In this document: in pieces, positions 1 through 11,185 of the stretch | Position numbering within the stretch: position 1 is the first letter of the stretch | How the letters are laid out: every line of letters starts with the position of its first letter | Source of the DNA: Melioribacter sp. | GTDB lineage: Bacteria > Bacteroidota > Ignavibacteria > Ignavibacteriales > Melioribacteraceae | NCBI GenBank assembly: GCA_026417975.1 | Contig: JAOACD010000007.1 | Span: 4,994 to 68,993 of the forward strand | Reading direction: 5' to 3' | Length of the DNA stretch: 64,000 nucleotides | The notes under the pieces: generated by a model | Databases searched by the model: none | Told to the model about the DNA's origin: nothing | What the model saw: the letters and a program-made list of their open reading frames with translations, nothing else | Program-made: the position numbers and the translations under genes

Positions 1-118
1 ATCTAAGTTAGGGTTATACGAAGAGAAAAAGATTTTTTCTACCCTGCTAACTTATAATGAGAAAAGTATGCTTGTAAATTATTCTAGCACCATTTGCACC
101 GATTTAAGTTAAAATAAT

Positions 119-182
119 GAGACGACTCTACGAGTCGTCTCTGTTACGTATTCATAACATAGACGGCACTTTGTGCCGTCTA
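119..182. repeat. Pair of GC-rich REP-like palindromes in inverted arrangement
   Basis: GAGACGACTC-TAC-GAGTCGTCTC (119-141) and TAGACGGCAC-TTT-GTGCCGTCTA (160-182), both perfect 10-bp stems with AGACG...CGTCT arms; the spacer TGTTA-N8-TAACA is itself an inverted repeat. Confidence 0.65.
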
Positions 183-230
183 AATATATAAAAACAAGTT
201 AAAATATAACGATATATTTTCATTATAGTA

Positions 231-1145
231 TTAATAGTTTATACAATTTCTAATTTTATATACTAGTTCTATTGATGGTCTTGCATCTTTGATTCTAAAA
301 CCATTTCCATTTAACGTCTGCCGATATACAATAGTATGTAAATTTGTAAATCCCTCACTAAATTCAAATTTTTCATTATCAATTTTTATTGAACGAAATG
401 TTCTTTTATTTTTCTCTTTAACATCATATGGCAAATCTTCATAATTAATTGATAAGTACCATTTAACATTTGCATGCTTTAATTCAAGTTCACCTTTCAT
501 TGACCTTTTTTGATTTTCAATAACACTACTATGAAGAACTTCACCAAAAATCCATATAAGCATATCAAAAAAGTGAATTCCAATATTTGTAGCTATTCCA
601 CCTGATTTTTCTATCGCCCCTTTCCAAGAAAAGTCATACCATAAACCTCTTGCTGTAATATAATCTAGTGTTATATCAAACTTTTTATTTGGATTTTTTT
701 TTAATTCAGTTTCAACTTTATTTTTTAATTCAACAATAGATGGATGAACTCTTAGTTGTAAAACTGTATAAATATTTTTTCCTGTTTCTTCTTCTATTTT
801 CTCGAGAGCATCGAGATTCCATGGATTTAGAACGATAGGTTTTTCACAAATTGCATCTGCTCCAATTCTTAATGCTAAACGAATATGCGAATCGTGTAAA
901 AAATTCGGTGAGCAAACTGTTAAGTAATGAACCCTTTCTTCTTCTGATTTTCTTCTTAGCAATTCCAAATGTCTTTCAAATCTCTCGAATTCAACAAAAA
1001 AGCTAGCTTCTGGGAAATATTCGTCTAATATACCAACTGAATCATGTGGATCAAGTGCGGCTACGAGCTTATTACCTGTCTCTTTTATCGCCTGTAGATG
1101 TTTCGGTGCTATATAACCTGCTACACCTGTAAGAGCAAAGTTCAT
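231..1145 (-). CDS. wbpB: Gfo/Idh/MocA oxidoreductase, UDP-GlcNAcA 3-dehydrogenase (WbpB/WlbA-like)
   Basis: GVAGYIAPKH N-terminus, ICEKP motif, GGIATNIGIHFFD; downstream of a wbpA-like gene. Confidence 0.85.
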   Translation of the reverse strand: MNFALTGVAGYIAPKHLQAIKETGNKLVAALDPHDSVGILDEYFPEASFFVEFERFERHLELLRRKSEEERVHYLTVCSPNFLHDSHIRLALRIGADAICEKPIVLNPWNLDALEKIEEETGKNIYTVLQLRVHPSIVELKNKVETELKKNPNKKFDITLDYITARGLWYDFSWKGAIEKSGGIATNIGIHFFDMLIWIFGEVLHSSVIENQKRSMKGELELKHANVKWYLSINYEDLPYDVKEKNKRTFRSIKIDNEKFEFSEGFTNLHTIVYRQTLNGNGFRIKDARPSIELVYKIRNCINY

Positions 1146-1230
1146 TTTTTAATTAGTGTACTCTTAAATTGTATTACTATAATTCATCCAATAAAATAAC
1201 AATATAAATCTTGAATTTACAACAAAAAAA

Positions 1231-2607
1231 TTATGCTTTATAAACATTCCCCTCGTTAAGACCTTTTATTTTAAAAGCATTTCTAGTATCTAAAATTAAT
1301 TTAGCATTCTTACGAATAAAGGGATAATTATAATCATCATGGTCTGTAGCTAAAATAATTAAATCATAATTACGAATTTTTTCTTTACTTAATTCAACAG
1401 ATTTCATATCAAATTTATATTTTCTTGTAGGAGGAAGTTTTGGTACGTATGGGTCATTATAATCAACTTTTGCTCCTTTGTCTCTTAAAATTTCTATTAG
1501 TTTTAATGAGGGAGACTCACGCAAATCGTCTATATTTTTTTTATAAGCTGCTCCAAGTATTAGAACTTTACTCCCCTTTAAAGTTTTTCGATGTTCGTTT
1601 AAAACTTCCAAAGCACGTTCAACAACATGATAAGGTTGAAATGTATTAATTTCTCCTGCCAATTCAATAAATTTAGTATTCACTTCATATTCACGAGCTT
1701 TCCAAGTAAGGTAAAAAGGATCAATAGGGATGCAATGTCCTCCTAAACCAGGCCCAGGATAAAATGCCTGAAAGCCAAATGGTTTCGTTTTAGCCGCTTC
1801 AATTACCTCCCATATATCTATATTCATCTTTTCAAAAACAATTTTAAGTTCATTAACTAATGCTATGTTAACAGAACGATAAATATTTTCTAAGAGCTTT
1901 GCTGCTTCTGCAACTCTTGGCGAAGAAACAGGTACTGTCTTTTTAACTATCTGACTATATAAAGCATCTGCAACTTCAAGACATGATTTTGTAACCCCGC
2001 CTACAATTTTAGGTATTGTACTTGTCGTATAATCTTTATTACCAGGATCTTCTCTTTCAGGGCTAAAAGCTAAAAAGAAATCTTTACCAACTACCATTTT
2101 TGAAGTATTGGGTAAAAAAGTATCTGGTTCTGTTATTGGTGACTTTGCTAAAAGTGCAGACTCAAACAATGGCAATAACAGCTCTTCTGTAGTACCTGGA
2201 TATGTTGTACTTTCAAGAGTAACAAGTTGTCCCTTTCTCAAATATTTTTGAATAGTTTTCGCTGTGTTTTCCACAAAAGTCATATCAGGTTCACGATGTT
2301 CATTAAGTGGTGTTGGTACACATATAATAATTGCATCACATTCTTGAAGTCTTGAAAAATCGCTTGTGGCTTCAAATTTCTTTTTTTCAACTATAGTCTT
2401 GATTAATTTGCTATCAATGTGTTTTATGTAGCTTTTACCTGAATTAAGAAGTGGAATTTTGTTTTCGTCGATATCAAAACCTATTACATAAAAATCATTA
2501 TTAGAAAAAGCTAAAGCTAATGGTAAGCCTACATAACCCATTCCTATTATTCCTACAACTGCAGACTTATTTTTGATTTTAGTAAGTAGCTCTTTTTTGT
2601 AGTTCAT
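1231..2607 (-). CDS. wbpA: UDP-N-acetyl-D-glucosamine 6-dehydrogenase (nucleotide sugar dehydrogenase)
   Basis: GMGYVG Rossmann motif, ICVPTP, ESTTYPGTT, SPERE, GGHCIPIDP catalytic Cys, DLRESP. Confidence 0.88.
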   Translation of the reverse strand: MNYKKELLTKIKNKSAVVGIIGMGYVGLPLALAFSNNDFYVIGFDIDENKIPLLNSGKSYIKHIDSKLIKTIVEKKKFEATSDFSRLQECDAIIICVPTPLNEHREPDMTFVENTAKTIQKYLRKGQLVTLESTTYPGTTEELLLPLFESALLAKSPITEPDTFLPNTSKMVVGKDFFLAFSPEREDPGNKDYTTSTIPKIVGGVTKSCLEVADALYSQIVKKTVPVSSPRVAEAAKLLENIYRSVNIALVNELKIVFEKMNIDIWEVIEAAKTKPFGFQAFYPGPGLGGHCIPIDPFYLTWKAREYEVNTKFIELAGEINTFQPYHVVERALEVLNEHRKTLKGSKVLILGAAYKKNIDDLRESPSLKLIEILRDKGAKVDYNDPYVPKLPPTRKYKFDMKSVELSKEKIRNYDLIILATDHDDYNYPFIRKNAKLILDTRNAFKIKGLNEGNVYKA

Positions 2608-2876
2608 GGTTTTATAATTGTTAGTTTGTTAAATATAGTTATTAATAATTCAATTTACTTTATACTATAAGAATTAACAAATTATTTTTAACGTAATAAA
2701 AATTTTTTAAACATGGCTAAAATCACTAAGAAGCAAAAAAATAGTGATTTTTAACTTATCAATTTTTTATAGCTATAATTAAAAAAGGTTTCTAAAAGAA
2801 TTAGTAGAAAAATAATGCCCTGCCTTTATGATTACTTAAATTTATTAATTTATTATATAATTATTCAACCATAAAA

Positions 2877-3722
2877 TCAACTTAAGGCATTTTTATTAAA
2901 TCGTAAAATTATATTTTCTTTTTTTCTTTTTTCTAAATGTTCAGAGTTATAAGTCTTTTTAAACAAATCCATTAAATTAATGATGCTCTCAGATTTACCA
3001 TCTTTGTCAACATCAATATTTATAATGTTTTGAGATTCATTTATTAATAATGCTTTTTTAAGTAATTTTATTGTTTCTTCTCTTACATTCTGTATTTGCG
3101 CTTGTGAAGGTGTTGATGGTTTATTAAAATTTTCTAGCTTTCTTTCATACTTTTCTTCGGTTAATAAATTTAATTCATTTTTATCATTATCATTTTCTAT
3201 ATTAAAATTCTCCTCATCGATATAACTAGGGTCCAAAGCAAAAATTGCATCTGCAAAAATCTTATCGTTCTGATTTTGTGCTTCAATAGCTTTTAAATCA
3301 AAACTATAGACTTCCGCAAAATTGGGTTCTTTATCCCACATAGTCATAGAAGTCAAACCTATTTGTTGAATCTTAAAACGAAATCTTTCTGGGTCAAAGT
3401 CAAATTTTAGGTGATATAAATCTTTAATTGCAAAAACTGGGTCAAAGTAAATTAACTCAATATTATTTTCTATATTAATAAAATAACCGTACTTAGTTGA
3501 ATAAGCTTGAAGGTTATGAACGTTTGTTAAAAGTCGATAAACAATCAAATTTTTAGGTGCAGGATCTTTAATGTAATTACAAACATCAATGTAACTTATT
3601 GAATAGGGCCTTTTTATTTTTTGATTTTTATAGATTATCTTAAAATTATTATTAAAATCAAATTGATTCTTAGAGTAAATAAGTATATTATTTTTTTTAA
3701 AGTCGATAGTTTCTAGAAACAT
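2877..3722 (-). CDS. Hypothetical protein (281 aa)
   Basis: Long ORF with ATG and AAGGA SD, 16 bp downstream of glgP; no motif recognised. Confidence 0.7.
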   Translation of the reverse strand: MFLETIDFKKNNILIYSKNQFDFNNNFKIIYKNQKIKRPYSISYIDVCNYIKDPAPKNLIVYRLLTNVHNLQAYSTKYGYFINIENNIELIYFDPVFAIKDLYHLKFDFDPERFRFKIQQIGLTSMTMWDKEPNFAEVYSFDLKAIEAQNQNDKIFADAIFALDPSYIDEENFNIENDNDKNELNLLTEEKYERKLENFNKPSTPSQAQIQNVREETIKLLKKALLINESQNIINIDVDKDGKSESIINLMDLFKKTYNSEHLEKRKKENIILRFNKNALS

Positions 3723-3738
3723 TTTTTAATCCTTAAAA

Positions 3739-6303
3739 TTAAGCCCATCGAACTAAGCCTAATTCGAAATGATTTATCATAAGTTCATGCTTTGGTAATA
3801 TTCTTAATGTAAACCCAAATAGTCCTGTATGTTTACATTCTATTTCTCCTTTATAAGTATACACATTAGTTTTTTGTTTCTTTGGAACATAAGTCATATT
3901 AACACATTCTTTAAATTGGTCTGAACCATTATCCACCTTACCATAATAAATTTGTACAACAACATCATCAGGTGTTAATTCACCAAGTTCTACTTCAGCA
4001 AAGATAGGATATTTATTACCAACTTTTAGATCAACTCCTTTTTGTTCCTCGGTTATACTTACAAATCTTACTTTACTCCAGTTATCAATTAATTTTTGTT
4101 TCCATTCTGTTATTTCTTTAGTTTTTTTCCAATTATTATTCATAAGTGTAACTCTTTTTTCGTAAGCTGGGAAATAAAATTTCTGTGCATATTCTTGAAC
4201 CATTCTATGGGTATTATACCTAGGTCCTAATTTTTTCATCGAATTTTTCATCATTGAAATCCATGCTCGTGGTAGTTTATCTTCTCCCCTTGTATAAAAC
4301 AATGGTATTATTTCTTTCTCAAGTATTTCATAAATTAATCTAGCTTCAACCTCATCTTGATAATCTGGATTATCATATTCTTCACCATTTCCAATTTTCC
4401 AACCAACATCGTGTTCATAAGCTTCGTCCCACCAACCATCAAGTACACTAAAATTTAATCCACCATTAGCTATTACTTTCATTCCAGAAGTACCGCTTGC
4501 TTCGAGAGGCCTTCTTGGAGTATTTAACCAAACATCACAACCTTCAACTAGATAACGAGCTACATTCATATCATAATTTTCTATGAATACTATTCTCTTT
4601 CTCAAATGAGGTTCTTTAGTCATTTCTATTACTTCTTGTATAATTCTTTTTCCTTCTTCATCTCTAGGATGAGCTTTCCCAGCAAAAATTATTTGGACTG
4701 GATAATTTGGATTGCATAATATACTTGCTAATCTTTCAACATCTCTAAATATTAAAGTAGCTCTTTTATATCCAACAAATCTTCTTGCAAATCCAATTGT
4801 TAAGGCCTGAGCATCAAGTACTTCTTTAGCTGCATTAATTTCTGAAACAGAACCTCCTTTTTCAATAATTTGTTTTCTTAATCTATTTCTTGCAAATGCA
4901 ACTAATCTTTCTCTTCTTCTTTCATGAGTACGCCAAAGTTCTTCATCAGGAATTTCGTCTATTCTTTTCCATATTTCTTTATCTGATGGATCTCTCATGA
5001 ACTTTTCACCAAGGTAACGATACAATAATTCTTGCATGTCATTTGAAAGATGGGAATGTGTATGAATTCCATTTGTTACATAATCAATTGGTATTTCATC
5101 AAAGGGTATATCCACAAAGCCAGCTTGCCACATTTTTTTTGATACTTTTCCGTGCAGTCTGCTTACACCATTAACAAAACCAGACATATTCATTGCAAGA
5201 TGAGCCATATTGAAATTGCTTGGTGGTTTATCTTTTATAATTGTACCTAAACTATAAAAAGTTTTATCACTTATCTTTAATTCATTACGATAGTAATTTC
5301 CAAAATACTTCTCTATTAATTCATTTGGAAAAACATCTATTCCAGCTGCTACTGGTGTATGTGTAGTAAATACATTAGAATAAAAATTAACATTTTTAGC
5401 TTCTTCAAAAGAAAGATTATAAAGCTGCATTAATAATCTTATTCTTTCTAAAGCAAGAAATGCAGAGTGTCCCTCGTTCATATGACAAACAAGCGGTTTT
5501 ATACCCATAGTATACAAAGCACGAATTCCTCCTATACCCAAAACAATTTCTTGCTGAATTCTTGTTTCTATGGTACCACCATATAATGTACGTGTAATTT
5601 TTTTATCTTCGTCATTATTTTCTGGAACATTAGTATCGAGTAAATAAAGAGGTACTCTACCTACCATAATTTTCCAGATTTGGAAATAAACTTTTCTGCC
5701 AGGGAAATCGAGTTCTATTTTTAATGGAGTATTATCATCATTCATTACCAATGTCATTGGTTGATTGTAAAAGTCGGTTATTTCATAACGTTCCTGTTGC
5801 CATCCATCATTAGTTAAATACTGTTGAAGATAACCCTCTTTATAGCACAATCCCACCCCTACAAGAGGAAGACCTAAATCACTTGATGATTTAAGATGGT
5901 CTCCAGCAAGCACACCCAATCCACCAGAATACATCTGCAAAGATTCTGTTAAACCATATTCAGCAGAGAAATATGCAATAATATTGTCTTTACCATAATT
6001 AAAATTCTTTTGATACCATGTTTTTTCTTCTTTATAAATTTTTAGTTGAGTTGCCACACGATTTAAATGGGAAATAAAACTATCATCGTTTGCAGCTTCG
6101 TTAAGTCGCTGTTGACTGACTTTCCCTAACATTAAAACAGGATTGTGATAAGTATCTTCCCATAATTTAGGGTCAAGTCTTCGAAAAAGATCTATTGCAT
6201 CATAATGCCATGTCCAGTAAAGATTATAAACTATTTCTCGTAAAGGTTCTAATTTAGCTGGTAATGATGGTACAACATTAAATTTACCTATATAATTAAT
6301 CAT
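3739..6303 (-). CDS. glgP: Alpha-glucan (glycogen/maltodextrin) phosphorylase
   Basis: YSGGLGVLAGD, HMNEGH, FARRFVGYKR, EASGTSGMK PLP-lysine motif. Confidence 0.95.
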   Translation of the reverse strand: MINYIGKFNVVPSLPAKLEPLREIVYNLYWTWHYDAIDLFRRLDPKLWEDTYHNPVLMLGKVSQQRLNEAANDDSFISHLNRVATQLKIYKEEKTWYQKNFNYGKDNIIAYFSAEYGLTESLQMYSGGLGVLAGDHLKSSSDLGLPLVGVGLCYKEGYLQQYLTNDGWQQERYEITDFYNQPMTLVMNDDNTPLKIELDFPGRKVYFQIWKIMVGRVPLYLLDTNVPENNDEDKKITRTLYGGTIETRIQQEIVLGIGGIRALYTMGIKPLVCHMNEGHSAFLALERIRLLMQLYNLSFEEAKNVNFYSNVFTTHTPVAAGIDVFPNELIEKYFGNYYRNELKISDKTFYSLGTIIKDKPPSNFNMAHLAMNMSGFVNGVSRLHGKVSKKMWQAGFVDIPFDEIPIDYVTNGIHTHSHLSNDMQELLYRYLGEKFMRDPSDKEIWKRIDEIPDEELWRTHERRRERLVAFARNRLRKQIIEKGGSVSEINAAKEVLDAQALTIGFARRFVGYKRATLIFRDVERLASILCNPNYPVQIIFAGKAHPRDEEGKRIIQEVIEMTKEPHLRKRIVFIENYDMNVARYLVEGCDVWLNTPRRPLEASGTSGMKVIANGGLNFSVLDGWWDEAYEHDVGWKIGNGEEYDNPDYQDEVEARLIYEILEKEIIPLFYTRGEDKLPRAWISMMKNSMKKLGPRYNTHRMVQEYAQKFYFPAYEKRVTLMNNNWKKTKEITEWKQKLIDNWSKVRFVSITEEQKGVDLKVGNKYPIFAEVELGELTPDDVVVQIYYGKVDNGSDQFKECVNMTYVPKKQKTNVYTYKGEIECKHTGLFGFTLRILPKHELMINHFELGLVRWA

Positions 6304-6341
6304 TTATTCTCCAAATCATTTTTGAGAAAAATTATATAAAA

Positions 6342-6349
6342 CAAATTTA
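6342..6349 (-). promoter_or_regulatory. TAnnTTTG (-7) promoter element for glgP
   Basis: TAAATTTG on the minus strand, 39 nt upstream of the ATG. Confidence 0.5.
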
Positions 6350-6574
6350 GTAATTTTTATTAAAGTTAGTAACGTGTGAAATTAAAAACAAATCAGCGTC
6401 TATTCTAATATCATTATCAAAAAATATTAAGAAAATTTTTTGAATGTATTATTAATTAGCAAAAAACACACGGAATACAAAGAATTAGCAAGTATAAATT
6501 TTTTATTGTTTGTAGTATGGTTTTATTTAAATACTTGGAAATTCAAAAGTAGAGGAAGAATCATATTAAATCTT

Positions 6575-7519
6575 TTATACATTAAGCATTTTCTTAAAGT
6601 ACTCTAGGGTTAATTTTAATCCTTCTGCTCTGCTAATTTTGGGTTCCCAATTTAAGATTTTTTTTGCACGTGTAATATCTGGTTGGCGTACTTTAGGGTC
6701 GTCTTGTGGTAGTTCTTTAAAAACAATTTTGCTTTTAGAATTACAAAGTTTAATTACTTCTTCGGCAAATTCTTTTAATGAAACTTCTTCCGGATTTCCT
6801 AAATTAATTGGATAAACTTCGTCGGTCATCATTAATCTAAAAATTCCTTCAATTAAATCATCAACATAACAAAAACTTCTTGTTTGAGTTCCATCTCCGT
6901 AAACAGTAACGTCTTCATTTTTTAGTGCTTGGGAGAAAAATGTTGGAAGAGCTCTACCGTCATCAACACGCATACGGGGTCCGTATGTATTAAAAATTCT
7001 TACAATTCTTGTTCTAAGTCCATGATATCGGTGATAAGCCATAGTCATAGCTTCTGCAAATCTCTTTGCTTCGTCATAAACACCTCGTGGGCCTACAGGA
7101 TTAACATTTCCCCAATAATCTTCGCTTTGAGGGTGAACAAGTGGGTCACCATATACTTCTGAAGTCGACGCTAACAAAAATACTGCTCCTTTTTCTTTTG
7201 CTAGTCCTAATGCTTTATGTGTTCCTAATGAACCGACTTTTAAGGTTTGAATTGGAAGTTTCAAATAATCAATGGGACTAGCAGGAGATGCAAAGTGCAA
7301 TACATAATCTACTTTGGAAGGAACATGAATATAATTAGTAACATCTAGTTTAATAAATTGAAAATTATCGTTTCCAAAAAGATGTTCTATATTTTCTATT
7401 CTTCCTGTTAAAAGATTGTCAAGACAAATAACTTTAAAACCCTCATTAATTAATCTATCGCACAAATGTGAACCGAGGAAACCAGCTCCTCCTGTAACTA
7501 CTGCTGTTTTTTTCTGCAT
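6575..7519 (-). CDS. uxs: UDP-glucuronate decarboxylase (UDP-xylose synthase), extended SDR
   Basis: [47 protein letters not shown]. Confidence 0.9.
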   Translation of the reverse strand: MQKKTAVVTGGAGFLGSHLCDRLINEGFKVICLDNLLTGRIENIEHLFGNDNFQFIKLDVTNYIHVPSKVDYVLHFASPASPIDYLKLPIQTLKVGSLGTHKALGLAKEKGAVFLLASTSEVYGDPLVHPQSEDYWGNVNPVGPRGVYDEAKRFAEAMTMAYHRYHGLRTRIVRIFNTYGPRMRVDDGRALPTFFSQALKNEDVTVYGDGTQTRSFCYVDDLIEGIFRLMMTDEVYPINLGNPEEVSLKEFAEEVIKLCNSKSKIVFKELPQDDPKVRQPDITRAKKILNWEPKISRAEGLKLTLEYFKKMLNV

Positions 7520-9753
7520 TAGGAAACCTTAGTTTTCTCTTTTTGTGAACCATTTGTTGGAGTAGAGTAATAATAATAATATTTATAATAAGATCCATAG
7601 CCACTTCTATATATAAAATTATTGAGAACAACACCAAGGAAATTGAGATTATCTCTTCTAAGTAAATCAACAGACCTTTCCATTAAATCTATTTCAGTAT
7701 CGTTAGCAGACACAACTAAAATGGTTCCATCCACAAGTTGAGCTAAAATTTCCGAATCTGTAACAGCAATTAAAGGAGCAGAATCTATTATAATATAATC
7801 AAATTCATTTTTTAATTTTTCTAAAAAAGACTCCATTTGTGATGAACCAAGTATTTCAGAAGGATTAGGGGGAATTGTTCCTGCACTAATGTAGTATAAA
7901 TTATTAACACCAGTCTTTCTTAAAATTTGGTCGTAAGTAACTTGACCAAAAAAGTAATCTGTAAATCCTGGAAATCTTTTTTCGTTAAAAACAGAATGGA
8001 CACGAGGTTTTCTTAAATCAGCATCAAGTATTAAAGTTTTGAAATTAGCAAGTGCAAAGCTACCTGCTAAATTAACTGAGGTTGTAGTTTTACCTTCTAA
8101 AGTTCTTGAAGATGTTACTAGGATTGTTTTTAATGATTCTTTATCAATTTTCGAAAATCTTATTCTAGTTCTTAATACTTTATAGGCTTCGCTAGCACTT
8201 GCATCTGGTTTTTTAGCAACAATAAATTCTAACTCCTTGTTACTATTATTCAAACCTTCTATTCGAGGGATCCAAGAAAGTATGTTAATATTTCTATTTT
8301 GTAAATCTTCAGGAGTTTTAACAGTATTATCGAAATGATTTCTAATAAAAGCAAAAGCAATTCCAAAACCTATTCCTAAAAATAATCCAACCATAATTAT
8401 TAAAGGTCGATTAGGTTTGGAAGGCTTAATAGGCACTAACCCAGGATCGACAATTAATACATTACCAGGTACAGATTGTTCATTAATTATAGCTTCCTGA
8501 TATTTTTCTTCAATTTGCAGATATAATTTTTCGTAAGCAGATTGTTCTCTTGTAAGTCGGGCTAAATCTATAGAACTTGTGGGAAGTTTACTAAGACGTT
8601 TATCGTATTCGCCTACAATTTCACTTAATTTTTTATAAGAGGCTAATAATGCTTGGTATTTAACTTCCTCTTCGAGAACTTTTTTAGTTAATTCTTTGAT
8701 TTCGTCTGGACTTGCAGCAAGAATTCCTGCTCTATAAACAGCAAGTTGGCTGTTTAATTTTTCTCTAAGTTCATTAATTTTTGCATCAAATTCTTTTATC
8801 ATTTGATTTTTACGTTGGGCATCTTTACTTGTAGATAATGCTCTATCTTTCTGTGTCATTAAATCAGCTATTTGTAATTGCAAATTTTTTATATATGGTT
8901 CAGTAGCAAAGCTTTCTATATAATCATTTATGTTTGGATCTTTTTTTGCAAGTTCTGCTTTGTATTGGTTAAGTGTTTTTTCTGCAATAGTCAAATCAAT
9001 TTTTGTAGCATTCATTTTTGATTCAAAATCAGTAGTCTGTTCTATCAAAGCTTTTGCTTGTTCTGGAAGCTGAACAATCCCTTTTTGTTCTTGATAATTT
9101 CTTAAAGCTTCTTCTACTTGAGAAAGTTCTGCTAGTTTTTCATCTCGTTGTTGAGCTAAAAATTTTCTAATCGAGGTAAGTTGTTCACGATTATACTCTA
9201 AATTTAATTCCTTATAGGCAATTGCATAACAATTTGCTATTAATGCTGCTTCTTTTGGAGAAGGTGATTCTGCGTTAATTTCGACTATATCAAGACCGCG
9301 CTTTTGATCAATAGATACTTTTGACTCTAATAAATCTATAATTTCTTCTTTTGGCAGTAAGATGGGTATTTTATTTTTTTCTTGATTGTCAAGTATTAAC
9401 TTAAAATTATTCTTATTGCTAGTAAACTTAAAACTATCTATAAGAGCTTGTGCAACTTTATCTCTTAATTTATAGCTTTTGAGAATTTCTATTTCGTTAG
9501 CAATAAATCTATCACTCCCAAAATCCTGAAACTCTGGGATTAACGGAGAATTAAGTATACTCCCCTGTGGCTTAGTAATTTTAATTACAGTGGTAGATTT
9601 ATAAATATCTGGTGCATTCAATGCATAAACTATACCTATTATTAGTCCTGTAATACCAACAACTAATATTAAACCTAAATTTAATCTAATCAGGTTAAGA
9701 TATTCTCTAAAAGAATTCTGTTGATAATTATTATTTATACTATTTGATTCCAC
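7519..9753 (-). CDS. wzc: Polysaccharide co-polymerase / BY-kinase (Wzc family)
   Basis: Two TM segments around a coiled coil, Walker A EGKTT, DADLRKP, IIIDSAP, C-terminal Tyr cluster [11 protein letters not shown]; GTG start. Confidence 0.92.
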   Translation of the reverse strand: MESNSINNNYQQNSFREYLNLIRLNLGLILVVGITGLIIGIVYALNAPDIYKSTTVIKITKPQGSILNSPLIPEFQDFGSDRFIANEIEILKSYKLRDKVAQALIDSFKFTSNKNNFKLILDNQEKNKIPILLPKEEIIDLLESKVSIDQKRGLDIVEINAESPSPKEAALIANCYAIAYKELNLEYNREQLTSIRKFLAQQRDEKLAELSQVEEALRNYQEQKGIVQLPEQAKALIEQTTDFESKMNATKIDLTIAEKTLNQYKAELAKKDPNINDYIESFATEPYIKNLQLQIADLMTQKDRALSTSKDAQRKNQMIKEFDAKINELREKLNSQLAVYRAGILAASPDEIKELTKKVLEEEVKYQALLASYKKLSEIVGEYDKRLSKLPTSSIDLARLTREQSAYEKLYLQIEEKYQEAIINEQSVPGNVLIVDPGLVPIKPSKPNRPLIIMVGLFLGIGFGIAFAFIRNHFDNTVKTPEDLQNRNINILSWIPRIEGLNNSNKELEFIVAKKPDASASEAYKVLRTRIRFSKIDKESLKTILVTSSRTLEGKTTTSVNLAGSFALANFKTLILDADLRKPRVHSVFNEKRFPGFTDYFFGQVTYDQILRKTGVNNLYYISAGTIPPNPSEILGSSQMESFLEKLKNEFDYIIIDSAPLIAVTDSEILAQLVDGTILVVSANDTEIDLMERSVDLLRRDNLNFLGVVLNNFIYRSGYGSYYKYYYYYSTPTNGSQKEKTKVS

Positions 9754-9763
9754 GTTGCCCTCG

Positions 9764-10291
9764 TTATTTTACTATATTTAAAATAAGAATCGTTAAAGAA
9801 GTTAAAGCACTTATAATTGAGACCCAAAGTGCAACTTTATCCCTTGTGTAAAGTCGTGGAGCACCAGGAACAACAAGAATATCCCCTGCTTCTAATGCCG
9901 GTGGTCTTTTATATTTTTTTGATAGATCCGATTCATACATAATATCATTATAATCAATTTTTATTAGCACTTGAGATGAATCTTCATTAACTCTGTAAAT
10001 TCTTAAATCGTCAAGATGTGCTGCATCAGTAGGACCACCTGCAAAAGATAATAAATCTATAACACTTGTGTTTATAGGGACAACATATTTACCAGGATAA
10101 CGTACAAATCCCCAAACTGAAACTTTAATATTAATTGCTTCTGGATCAGAAAAATCAAAATAACCTGATTGCTGATTATACCTATTTGGTAGAGTTGATG
10201 CACCTAATTCATAATCTTTTCCTTGTGCAAAAGATAGACGAGTAATACATAGTGTAATTAAGAATAAAATAAAATATCTTGTTTTTATCAT
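9764..10291 (-). CDS. SLBB-domain polysaccharide export protein (short Wza-like)
   Basis: Signal peptide, VSVWGFVRYPGKY and DLLSFAGG SLBB motifs, LEAGDILVVP, C-terminal hydrophobic helix; upstream of wzc. Confidence 0.75.
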   Translation of the reverse strand: MIKTRYFILFLITLCITRLSFAQGKDYELGASTLPNRYNQQSGYFDFSDPEAINIKVSVWGFVRYPGKYVVPINTSVIDLLSFAGGPTDAAHLDDLRIYRVNEDSSQVLIKIDYNDIMYESDLSKKYKRPPALEAGDILVVPGAPRLYTRDKVALWVSIISALTSLTILILNIVK

Positions 10292-10310
10292 TGAGCCCTC
10301 AAAATTTATC

Positions 10311-11177
10311 TTATTGATTTATTTTTAAGGAAACAGCTTTTGAGGATAAGTAACTGCCAATGAAACCTAATAATACTCCAGCTAAAATTGAAAAAGAATA
10401 AATATCTTTAAATACTATATGTAATTTAAGATTATTAAGAATGCCAATCAATATTATTCCTAAAATATAATTTATACCTACAGCACAAATTCCAGATATT
10501 AATCCAACCATTAAACCATATAGTATAATAGGTATTTTAATAGTACTTAATTTTGCCCCAACTAATTTCATAGTTTGATATAAATTTTTATTCGCTTCAA
10601 TTTGTATTCTACTATTAGTATAAACAAGGTAAATAGATAATAAAACTAATAACACAGAAAACATATAAACAATTGCTTGCCCTGACTTCAAATATTTTAA
10701 TATTTTCACTATTACTTCATTATCATAAATTACTTCTGTAATACCTGAAATATTACTAATCCTTCTTATTTCAGAATTTATATTTTCATATGAAATTTTC
10801 TCTGGATGAAACCTAATAATTAATGATGGTGGAAGTGGATTTTCTGTTAATACATTTCTAAAATCTTCTCCAGTATCTTTAATAAATTGCTCTACGGCTT
10901 CCTCTTTACTAATATATTTTACCGATTTTACAGATGGCAGTTTTTCAATTTCTTCTTTAATTGACCAAATTTTACTTGAATCAATGTAATTCTCTAAAAA
11001 AGCTGTTATTTCAATACTACTTTTAACTTTTTTAGAAAATTTATTTGAAAGCTGTAAAATTATAAACGAAACACCAGTCATCATAATAGCAATAGTAGTA
11101 ATAGAAATTATTACCATAGATGCAAAGGGAGAGCGTTTTAACATTCTTATTGATTCTTTTAAGAAAAAAATTAACAT
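10311..11177 (-). CDS. ftsX: Cell division permease FtsX
   Basis: Four-TM layout, YISKEEA, ENPLP, MKLVGA motifs. Confidence 0.88.
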   Translation of the reverse strand: MLIFFLKESIRMLKRSPFASMVIISITTIAIMMTGVSFIILQLSNKFSKKVKSSIEITAFLENYIDSSKIWSIKEEIEKLPSVKSVKYISKEEAVEQFIKDTGEDFRNVLTENPLPPSLIIRFHPEKISYENINSEIRRISNISGITEVIYDNEVIVKILKYLKSGQAIVYMFSVLLVLLSIYLVYTNSRIQIEANKNLYQTMKLVGAKLSTIKIPIILYGLMVGLISGICAVGINYILGIILIGILNNLKLHIVFKDIYSFSILAGVLLGFIGSYLSSKAVSLKINQ

Positions 11178-11185
11178 AATTTCAC

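Noticed and set aside
2-112. Open plus-strand frame at the window edge (SKLGLYEEKKIFSTLL...)
   Set aside because: Only 36 codons are visible, with no recognisable motif; cannot be called without the adjacent sequence
6374-6392. Rex-like operator GTGTGAAATTAAAAACAA upstream of glgP
   Set aside because: Only one half-site resembles TTGTGAA-N4-TTCACAA; not significant in AT-rich DNA
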